This document shows positions 48,534-59,700 of a DNA stretch of 64,000 bases, piece by piece (the stretch's first letter is position 1; each line of letters starts with the position of its first letter). The DNA is from Basidiobolus meristosporus CBS 931.73 (lineage: Eukaryota > Fungi > Basidiobolomycota): assembly GCA_002104905.1 (NCBI GenBank), contig MCFE01000007.1, positions 124,001 to 188,000 on the forward strand, given 5' to 3'. Position numbers and translations under genes: made by a program. Below the pieces are notes generated by a model, which did not search any database, had not been told where the DNA came from, and saw only the letters and a program-made list of their open reading frames with translations.

Positions 48534-50469
48534 ATGATTCGTACATACGAAAGTAGTTTAAGGACACCCAAGAGAAATACCTCAGCCAGAAGGAATGACT
48601 CGGACCTATCATTTTTTCGGTCTCCCGACCCTTGGGAAAAAGCGCGCCTAGAATTTGGCCCCACTGTACCTATTCATAGTGATCAATCCATCTTGGGACC
48701 ACTTGCTTCATACATACAGTCGCCAGTCTCGCACGATGGTCGAAAAAGGTTTTCGATGACCGATGTAGAAACCCATGGAATGCTTCCTAACCTAACAAAT
48801 CCCCCCGAGGATTGGTTTGCAAGCAAGAATCCGAATATGGAACAATTTTTTGCCGAAGCTTTCAAGTGCCCGCCTGTATGACAGAATTTACTTTCTTGAT
48901 AAGCAAAATGGTATCTGACTCGATGTCTTATATGTTTAATTCTCGCTCCTTTAGAATGAATACTCCCAACGACCAGAAACAACGTACTCAACCCCATCGA
49001 AGATGCCCTCTAGTGCGGCTCCATCTGGTCGTTCTGAGGAGACATTTACCCCTTTAGTCCGAGTTCCTACTGCCGAGTTTTATAGCAAGGTATATTCAAT
49101 TCGTGGCACAAAAACCAAAGCTCATCGCTAAACGTGAATGCTCAGGATGAATTGAAAGTTTTCAAGAAAGGGAAACGCTCAAGTCTATTGTCGCAAAGTT
49201 CTCAGACGTCATCTATAAAGGTCAGTCGATTCGTTGCGTGTCAAACATACATAAATTAAGCCCCTTCGCCAAAACCATTGTAGTCAACTTGCCAACACTC
49301 TTCGATGCAAACGACTGATTCGAAAGACTATAGCGTAGCAGCCCATATTACATCGAAGGTGATATTTTATTGTCCATTATTCATATCAGAAAACTTACCT
49401 CAAGCGTGTACCGTTGAAAGACCAAATATCATATTAAGACGAATCGTATAAACGCCGAGGCAAGCTCGTTTGTTTCGTAACGATTCATTCATACGCTAAA
49501 TGTTTCCCTTTCTTTCAGGCCTCTTCTAAGCGACAGTCGTTGCACCGTAGATCCCACCCCAACATCGACTCTATAGTACAGAAATCAGACATCATCGCAG
49601 ACTCATCTTATAATGCCCGCAAATCCGGAAAATTCAGAAGAGCGTGTAGTTACGATTTCTTGGACTCTGCCGGAAGGCAGGATTTAGAGACCAAGAAATC
49701 CTGGCCTGATAATCGCACGCGAGAGAATGGGGAGGGTTTGATGCTAACCAAGCGGGTTACAAACACAGATGCGCTCGATGCCCATCTGGATTCAGAAGAA
49801 GACCAAGACATATACCAACGCTTGTCGGAGCTCTCCCTAAGCACCTCGCCTACTAACTACTCCATGAACTTGGTATCGAAGATGAATAGACGACCCGTTG
49901 GATATCTACATGAGCGTGACGCTAAGCCTTTAGAGGCATCCAATATTTCACTCCATGTCCATCCACCTACTCCTGTTGTAGATCAAGCATCCAAGTTGTT
50001 GGATACGGCATCCTCATTGAAATCACCAGCAACGTATGCAAATCATGAAGAACAAAGCCCTATGGACGCCAACGCATCAATGCATGTCCATCCACCCACT
50101 CCGTCCATGCACAAAGTTTTCCAACCTCGAAGAACAAGAAGTGCCGCATACATCCCATCTAGCCGCAAAGTAGAGAACTCCGAAAAAGACCTGTTCGACT
50201 CGAAAAGAAAACCTCGAATAATCAAGTCCAATTCCTTTAGCAACGATATGACCGTTTCCAATGACGAAAGCGGGAAATATGATGCGGCACACCTGCGATG
50301 GTCATCTAGGTCTAGCAAAGGCACAGAGCAGAAAGCACCATCTACTTCTGAGCTTTCTCAACAAAAGAAAGTTGATTTGTCTAACGATAAGAGAGCGAAA
50401 ATACACGCATTACTGAAGCATCAAATCCGGCGTCATGAGTTTATGCGCCAAGAAGTTCAAATCCGTTAA
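48534..50469 (+). CDS. Multi-exon Ser/Arg-rich, probably disordered protein of unknown function
   Basis: ORFs 48534-48881 and 49540-50469 can be linked through several short exons with GT-AG introns; one internal junction (~49340-49445) is not resolved. No recognisable domain. Confidence 0.6.
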
Positions 50470-50771
50470 CTCACTGTACTATATTACCACATTAAAGCCT
50501 ATCCTATTTTCTATTCTATACGCTGCATATAGATTTTGAGGGGATGTTTGTCGATCCTCAAGCGAGATTACTTGCCAAGTGTCAACGTCGACATTAGAGA
50601 TAATGGCTAAACCAGGCACACCAGCCAACAATGCATCGGGGTGCAAATTCGTAGTTTATAAGAGGTGTTTTGATGTCAAACATCTTGACTGAGAACAAAC
50701 ACTTGGTGGTGGGTTGGGCACTGCAATGTTCACAAACGCGTCGCTCTATTTGGAGCTAAGCTGAGCATGTC

Positions 50772-51989
50772 TCAATCAGAAGTAAGCTTTGCTTGATTAA
50801 TCGGCAGTTTGACACGAAGACCATCATATGCTGCGCGATAGGTGATCCCGTCTTGCTGGCTGAGTTCACAGAATTCGCGTTCCATCGTATAATGATCCAA
50901 TCTATGGCAAAATCCTGTGAACAGAGTGACCCCAGCTTTGATGCGACGCGCCTCTTCCAATGCTTCTTGTACTCCGTAATGCGAGGGGTGGCTCTCCGCT
51001 GTTACAATTCCAATCAGTACAAACCATGCATCAGTGCTTCAACTAACTTCTACTTACGCTTAAGCATGTCCAAAATGAAGACCTGACTACCGAGGATCTG
51101 GGCTCGAGTTTCCGGTGGAATATAGGAAACATCAGACACATAACTCACTTCCCCAAACCGGAAACCAAGGTTGATTAGGGGTTCTCCTTTGCTTTTGAAC
51201 CCGTGATGGACTATAGTAGGCACCAGGTCAATATACTACATCCGGTTTACGTATCATACCCAAGATCCTCCCGTACCTTCTAGTGGTATGAACTCAAGCC
51301 CCTCGATGTTTAACGGTTTGTTTTTCTCTATTTCGATGAATTGCAACGAAGGAATGTCCCCTCCACCTTAGAATAGGTTTAGTTGTAGTCACCATAGATG
51401 AAATAAATGCATGGATATGCCTTACCAGTTGCCTTGGTTCTGTCGACCAAGTAAGGGAAGGCATGCTCAACCACCTCGAGTGTTTCTGAAGAAAGGTAAA
51501 TAGGTATATGGCTTTGAACTCTCCCCCCAAGCGTCCACTGCCTCAAGTCGTCTAAACCGAGGATGGCATCGGCATGACCGTGTGTGAGAATGATAGCATC
51601 AATTTGCCTTAAACCATACTCGACAAAATACTTGATGGTGGATTCTAGAATGGCAAGTTACTTTTCAAGGTCGATAGGATTTAGTCTACTTGAAGAAATA
51701 CCATAGAAAGTCTTGCCGCAATCGATAATAACAGTTCTATGATGGGTTAGCTTGAAGGTTTCATCCTCGAGGCCGCTGCTTGAATTTACCTTAAACGCCC
51801 ATCAGGATGCTCGAAACGCACCAACAACGAGGTATTTCTTCTTACGTTCTTCTCATTTCCGGGTGTAAGCGTGGATATACATGTTTTACAGGCTTGTTCC
51901 GGGTCGGTCAGGCAACTAACCACTGGAACGCAGCTTGAGGTTCCGGTGCCCAGAAAAATCAGCTCTTTGATCTTGGACGAAGCAATCAT
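50772..51989 (-). CDS. MBL-fold metallo-hydrolase (PhnP-like; S. pombe C777.06c-like), about 7 exons
   Basis: FLGTGTSSCVP, RRNTSLL, IDCGKTFY, ILTHGHADAILGLDDLR, SYVSDVS, HPSHYG and AYDGLRV reconstructed across short introns. Confidence 0.9.
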
Positions 51990-54335
51990 TTCGGAGGATG
52001 AAGGTTTGATGCGGGAGTTACCAAGTGTTTGCGTTTGAAATGGTTGTTGAGTATGTCGGAATCAGTCAGGCTAATGCTGGAGACAAGCTGTTAAGGATTT
52101 TTCCCGGGTGTGGACAGTGAAGAACTAGCTTCTAATCAGGATGGGCAAACTGCATTTCCTTGGATGAAAATGATCTCATTTAATCAGGTTGTAAGCAAAT
52201 GAATTTTCTTCTCGCCCCAAGATAGTATTGGCTACTAAAATGAATTCTAAAATATACAGCGTAGTGATGCATGGTACACAACATTAGTGGCAATGGTTAA
52301 GGACGTTCCCAATGGCCTTGAGCCATTGGTTGCCAGATTCACCAGTGGTGGAGGTTGATGGTGTTTGGTAGGATAATGGTAAATCATGTATCTTCTAGAT
52401 ATAGTCATCGTCGATTGTAAATTTAGTGTTTCGCAGCCTTGTTCTTGAATTGATCAATTTGTTGGATGCTCAGGTATGTAATCATGATGATAGGGGAACC
52501 CGCTTAGTTCTTGTGGAATTGTGTCTTGAGATCGAGAGGACACGACAGCGGAAAAGGTGTTTTTTCTCTGATTAGCGGGTGTGCTTGACAGGTGCTAGGG
52601 AGACTTAATGTAGCCATGTTGTTCGATAGAGTGCGGAGTGATTCGTGCTGCATTTTTGCCGGATTGAACATTATATTTGCCGATCAACGCATGGTGATTC
52701 ACTAATCAGAAGTGACAAGGATTGTACCAGATAGATGCATCGTATTGAGCCTGCCTATCCTAGAGTTGGGATGGATGTGTTAGCTTAACGTGGAATCCCC
52801 GCCTCTGCGTAACCACACTGAGTGTGATTATACCCCCCCAATACAAAGACAACAGGCTGTCTCGGCCCATCTTCTGAACTAATATCAGCACAAGCCTGAT
52901 CCGAGCTGCGTTGAATCCTCCTACCACCATGTACCATCCAACCTAATCATCTCCGCCTCGGCTAGAAAATTGTGCTCGTCTCTCTCAGCATAGCAGATAG
53001 CTGCAGCAATGGGATTAGCTCATGTATCTAAATGAGTTGCATCTTTTCCCTTGAGCACCCACCCTTCCACAGGAAACAGCCAATCGGTAGCACGCAGTCC
53101 AGGTCATCATTTAATTTACAACCTTTAAGCTCCACAACCACTCCCAAAACTGGTGTTCCTCGGAAGAAAAGTCGGATTTAGAATAATTCATTCCAAGTAA
53201 GCTTGATATTCCCTACTCCCGACCGTTTACTCCACAGTATGCCTGGTATGTAACTCATGAACGTAGGTGTATACCGTGCACCATTCGATCACGGTCCCTG
53301 CAGAGATATGGTCAACTTACTCGCATCAATGAGGAAATTGCAGAGATCCCCCAACATGCCCAATCATCCAGCATCCTTGATAAGGCTAGAGTATTTCTGC
53401 TACTACATTCAGTATGCATCTATATGAATTCCTGCCCACAATGGAGCTGGGGTATCACGGACAGCAGGTTGTGAAGAGCCAGGAGCTTAATGCCGGCGGC
53501 AGAGTCATGTCAGGTACACGAGATCCGAGTAGGTCCCTACGTAATGGTTGCTCAAATTGACTGACATTAGCGCAAGTGAATGAATGCCCACTCAGAGGCA
53601 TATACCATCAGTTTCAGTGAGGTGCCTACCGATGGGTGTTTGAGCATGCGTCTGCTTCTGACACTCACCTCTTAATTGGAGCAATGGCTACATCCTCACG
53701 TTGCTCATTGAAGCTGGGAAGCTATCAGTGAACATAGGGTCTGACGCCTGTTTTGGCATCCCATCCAATCGACGCTCAACCAAGTGCAACCCTTGCTATG
53801 ACGGGCTATCTTACATAGTTTGCCTAGGATCAGACACGCGGTTTGCTCAAACTTTGATTCTCTTTTGGAGCCAAACCAGAATGATTCAGGATTCCTCACG
53901 ACCGTTGAATGGTAATGTTCATTATCGCATTCCCTTGGACTATTTTGGGCCTCAGATGAAACGAACGTCTGATGTCGCTGACATTATCTCCATATGGCAA
54001 TTGGCTCACAATCGCATAATTTGTCCAGGCAAACATACATCCCCTATTTCTCTCGATTAAAATACTCGTCACACTGGTTAATTTATGTACAACAAGTCCA
54101 GAGAAGTAGTGGGTTTGCAATTAAGCCTAATATTCACTCATCTTCCAATTTGCTTCAAAATATGCATGAGCTCAACTGGTTCAAGATACATTAATAAATG
54201 AGAACAATGAATACAGCGCGGTCGCTTTTGGAAATAGTATCAAGCTACCTGGCCCCCTAACTGCCTATTCTTATTTAAGTGCTGGTTGGGGATTAGATGG
54301 ATGTGTTGTATTCGATCAACTCGGTTTTAACTCAG

Positions 54336-55520
54336 CCCCCAGATTTTCTTGATTCACGCTAGTCATAGTAAAGAGAAATTGATCATTAGCTTTGGCCACA
54401 AGATGACCGATTTATCGTGGCTTAGAGTATCATTTTTAGAACAAGGACAAAGAGAGCCAACTGCCTTCCACGTCCAAATCGTGGGCGCTTCCAAAGGTAA
54501 CCTACACTCGCACCCTTCTGTACCAGTATTCGCCCTCTAACCACGGACATGAAATAGTCACCTGCGTCAGATGTTCCCAAAACATGTTTGTAGGGCCTCA
54601 GCCCTTCAAAAATATGAGATGCACCAGTTGTGGGATGCAATTTCTCACTCCGCTACATGCCTCCTATGCATGCGACACCCACAAACCAACGGTCACTGAA
54701 GATTTCAAGTTTGAAAGGCCTCTAGATATTGGAGCATTTTTGTATCACTACGGGACTATGCTGGAAGCCTCCTATTCCAGGATCGGCTTTGTATATTATA
54801 AGGATAAAGCCATCAACTCTTCGCTTATTCAGCGGCCGAATCGCAAAATTCGGGGCGATCTAAAGTTTCTTGGTAATGGCTGGGTTAAAGCTTTGGCAGT
54901 ATTGTCGCACCATACTCTGCGATTTTTCGACCTACCCACGGATATAGGTTTCGAGCGACACCAGAAGGTAAGACCAGATGGCTTTAGTGGCTGAGAGATC
55001 TATGCTGAGCTATTGATATAGCTGTTAGGTGAGGTCCAGCTCGAAGATGTCCAAGTTGGCACCATGTCTGAATATAAAGGCCGGCGATTTATCCTGGTCC
55101 TGTCCAAAGAGAGCTCGAGCGTTTTGATTCAGACTGGTTCAGAAGCATTGCAGAATTGGTAATCCAATCCGAACACTTTCTAGACGCACATAATCCCATT
55201 AACACATATAAGGTGGAAGGATTGCTTGGTGGAAAGCTACGAATCTCACCAGGACCCCAGCCCCTTCGATGCCACCCTTGAGAATGATTCCCACACTTTG
55301 AGGACGAAAAAGGATCGGAACTTCAAAAGCCGCACCATGCGTTCCCTTAAAAATGGTAAACCCTCATGCTCTGACGGATACGCCTGCGTGAATTAACGTT
55401 TCTTCTCAAGTGCACCTGTTGACAAAGTCTAGCAGTCGCTTGTTGGACAGAAGTATGAAAATGAACAACATCCTGTTTGATAATGGTACTTATAAGAGGC
55501 CTCCAAGTCTTCGTCTGTGA
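54336..55520 (+). CDS. Spliced gene with an atypical C1 (Cys-rich) domain followed by a PH domain; 5' end unresolved (probably extends to ~53.0-54.3 kb)
   Basis: Exons 54336-54496, 54558-54967, 55022-55158, 55213-55355 and 55411-55520 (introns 61, 54, 54, 55 nt) give H..VTCVRCSQNMFVG...MRCTSCG...H...C, then KIRGDLKFLGNGWVKALAVLSHHTLRFFD...LGEVQLEDVQVGTMSEYKGRRFILV...IQTGSEALQNWWKDCL. Confidence 0.72.
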
Positions 55521-56718
55521 TGCTCAACCCATTTCCTCCAGTACCTATAGCCACATTTCAGTCTAACAACCACCCGTTTTTCTCAATGAACTCTCACGGT
55601 ATACTCCCGTCGTTTATTGAAAGCCTAACCCACATATTGGCTAATCTTGCGTGATCAGAATCGTTACACTGCTTCTCCGACTTAACCAAAACGCCGGATA
55701 TTGACGACTCCTTTTCAAGCGGAACCGAATTAACTCTCGACAGTTCGCCAAGCTCAGACGGAGAAGACTCTAGCTCATTAGATCCTGGCTCTCGGAATTC
55801 ACAAGAATATGAGGAATCCCAATCCGAGGCTGCCGAGGAGTACGGGTGTGGCCGAGGGTCCTCTTGGGAAGAGTTAATTAACGCATTCCCGCTACCGCCA
55901 GTCCGATAACGATGCCAATCCCGCGTATTAAATTCGAATTTATTTTTGTACCATCACACCAACCTGTATTTAACCATAGTCACTTGCCTCCACTAATCGG
56001 CCATTTAATGCTTTGACTTAACTTCCCACGTATATTTTCAGCAACAACGATCAATAAGTATTGTCTTTTTCCTTTAAACATATAAAGCCAATACTTGAGA
56101 GTGCTCCTGTAGCACACCTCCGAAGAAATTGCAGCTTAAGTATATCGCACAGAATCGATGATAAATAAGGAGGAGCGGCAAGGTAAGACCATGTCTACTT
56201 GTGCTCCATAAAGCAAACACCGGTAATCAGTAACCTCGACAAGCAATGGATTTGTGGTGTTGCTTTGTTTATTGCTTTGTGCCCTCATTGGGATGCAGTG
56301 CATGCCGTCAGTTCGAAATGCCAGTCCACCATTGGAAAGGTATCGCAATAAGTAGGATATTCCATGTATGGCGTTGAGGGAGGCTTCAATGTGGGCAGCA
56401 CATTTCCATATACGGCGTGTTCATACAAAACGGTAAGCTACATAGCATGCGGTGCTTGTGTCGTAGTAAACAAATATCCATATGCTCCAATCTAGGTGAA
56501 ACACAACAGCAATGAGGCAATGTCCCCGAGTGGCATTATGGCAAGCAGAATGCTCCAACCTTCTCAACCAATAGACTTTATTATGTATATATGGTGAATT
56601 CGTGAGCAGGTGACGAAATTTCAAAACACTAAATGCTACCTAACTGGATACAGATGAGTAAGGCCGGGTGCAGATTAAATCTGCCGCTAAAAGCTGTCAA
56701 TGCAATTCGTGAAAATAT

Positions 56719-59700
56719 CTATCCGCTCACGCTCTTCTTCCTGAATGACCCGAAGCCGAATTTTTTCGAGCCACCATCCACCTCACTCCCCGGTGCCGAG
56801 CTGTCGCTTGGTACGTTAAGGTGGCTTCCGCCCTCAGGAGAAAATTCAATGCGCAGTTTGATTTGGCCTTTTTCGGCATTTGCTAATGGGGCCATGAATT
56901 CATCCGACAGTATATTGCTTGCAGGACTAATGCGTTCCCAGACATCAAGTTGGTAATCTCCCAAAGCAGTATCTTGTAGGAGATTGTGATCTCGCACCGA
57001 GAATTGGAGTCTAAGCGGGGAGCCATTGGTTGGAATAGTGAAACTTTCATTCCATATGGGTGCAAGTGTCTTCTTGATCACCTTGGTCTTATGCACCACC
57101 TTTCTTCCCCAGCGTATCTTGACATAAGGGTCACTCATGCCATTACTATCAGCCGCTGGCAGATCTTTGCCCTCCAGGATAAATATGGTAATGGTGCCAG
57201 GTTGTCCTGTAGTCTCTGAGCCAGCATTTTCTGGACCACTATCTCCTGTGGCATCACTATCTGCATCGGCGCTCATTTCATTGGCCCCCACAACGGCTGC
57301 TGAGGCTACACCTGCCTCAAGCGGTAGATTTGTAGGTTGAACCGCGTCATTGACCACCATTTCTTGAGAGTCGTTGCCTGTTTTCTTTTTACCTAGACCA
57401 AAAAGGCCCTTGGCACCTCCTACAACTTGTTTACCGGCACCTAGCGTGCCGCCAACGACATGCTTGCCAGCCCCTAGTGTGCCACCGACCACTTGTTTGC
57501 CGGCTCCTAGGGTGCCACCAACCACTTGTTTGCCCGCTCCCAAAGTGCCACCAACAACAGATGCTGCGCCGCCAAGTGCTGCACCATGAAGAGTTCCTTT
57601 ACGATCTGTCATCATCTTGCCAACATACTCAGGAGTGAACAGAAGGCTGAGAGTCAGAGTCCCTTGGCTATTGGTTATGGGGAACTCTTTGACTTGCTCA
57701 ACTGATGGCTCCAGATTCTTCGCATCCACCTGGACAACACCCAGGCTCTCGCTAGACTGGAGCTGGTTCCAGTCAAAGATTTCAAACAAGAGAGTGTCTT
57801 CGTTACGAGCCATCAGAGATGCCACGAATTCCTCATTGAATTCTGGGTTGAGATTCTTCTTGATCGTCTTTGTCTTGAAGATCTTCTCCCCATTCAGCTT
57901 CACAACAACAAATGGATCACTCAGTCCACTAGAGTCGGCAGCCTGGAGTCTGTTGGCCTTTAGAATCTTAACGGCCACTACACCTTTGTTGGTAACACTT
58001 AACGATTCATCAATTTCGATATTGACTGGAGTAAACTTGAATGCCAACTGGATTTTCCCAGGGTGGTTTTCAAATTCGTACCAAGATGATTCATTTGAAT
58101 TGGTCTTAGTCAAATGTTCCAATATTTCCGATGCAGAAAGTGTTGTGCGGGCAATCACAGTACGGTTTTCGTTGTTCTGGCGAATTAGAACGGAAATCTT
58201 CGTAAAGAGGGCTTCTTGGACGAACACCTCGCATTCCTCGTTGAATATTGGGTCGGTGACTTTCTTCTTAACCTCGGTACGATGAACAACATTGTATTCG
58301 TTGTTGTTGAGCAAAACTTCGGCGAAGCAGCTATCAAACTGCTTTCTCATTTCTTTGGTACTTCCAATTAGAACAGACATAAGGCCAGTGTCGTATTTCG
58401 TATAATCAATGGGTTCTGTTGTCTCTTCCAATTCTTGATTGACCAAATCATTTCCCGGCTCTTTCACGGCGGCCTCATGCTCTGCTTGAGGTGTTGTAAT
58501 TGGTTCAGTCGGGTAGAAGTGAGCATTGAAACGAAGTGTACCGGTCTCTTTCCCTTCATGACGAATGGCTGGTTGATATTCCTTCACTGTGCCTTCACCG
58601 TATTGGTTCTCAGAAATCTGAGGGCCCAAAATTTCTTCCAACTTGAATGAAGTACTTCCGATAATCGAGTCCTTCCCGAATTTATCCCAATCGTAAACTT
58701 CGACGGTAATGTTTTCACGTGGATTCCTTACACCGATGAAGTGAGTTTCATTCCATGTTGGATCCAGATTATCTTCGATCACTTCAGTTCTGGCTTTCTG
58801 CTTGTTGGCTATGGACACAACAACATACGGGTCAGACTTGCCCATAAGATCCATTTTCTTCAGCTTGCGGGCAGATAGCAAATCGAGTCGGATAACACCA
58901 AGGGGCGGAGCAAGACGGCCAGCTGAAATTGCTCCTCCTTTGATAACTACGGGCCTCCACACGAATGACATCCTAACTTTCCCGGATGACCCTTCGAGAT
59001 CATACCAGGGATTATCATTGTTTCGGTTTAATGCTTGTTCCAAGGTAACGTTGAGTTTTCCGGTCAGAGGATCAGAGGCAAAACCACGTTCATCATAAGC
59101 TTCAAATCCAAACAAGGCGCTTTTCTTATCACTGATGAACATTTCTACATTTTTCTCCCAAAGTGGGTTATCCTTTTTCTTGATAACTTGGGTCTTGAGA
59201 ACTTCATGTCCATTCAGTTTCAGAATACCGTATGGGTTACCAGAGGTGCTGAAACCCTTGCCTTGATGGACGAAGACTTTCAAAATACCACTGTTGGATT
59301 CCACTGGGGACTCCGTTCCATCTTCATTTTTAATGGGTGGCACGACGGGAGAGTATGCTACATCAAATAGGAGCTCGCCGCACTGCTTCCCTCCCTCTCT
59401 GATAACCTTGGCCAATACGTCTACCTGCTCAGGTGATTCACTTAATGTGGATAAATCGAATGAAGCTGTGCCCAAGCTCCTGTCTTTCTTCACCTCTTCT
59501 TTATCGTAAACTTCGAGGCTCAAGGTATCGCTGAGTCGGTGGAGCAATATAAAATATGTTTCATCCCAGACAGGGTTGAGGGTGTTCTTTTTAACAGAGG
59601 TACGACCTAGTTCCGCACGATTGTTACATTGGAGGATGACATACGGATCTGACATTCCCATGAATTCCAAGTTCTTCAAGTTTCTGCCACTGCGAACTGT

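Noticed and set aside
55570-55977. Possible minus-strand spliced ORF (MVKYS|GNALINSS...GVLVKSEKQ...) with a faint PH-like look
   Set aside because: It stops or collides with the 3' end of the better supported plus-strand C1+PH gene, and no continuation could be built.
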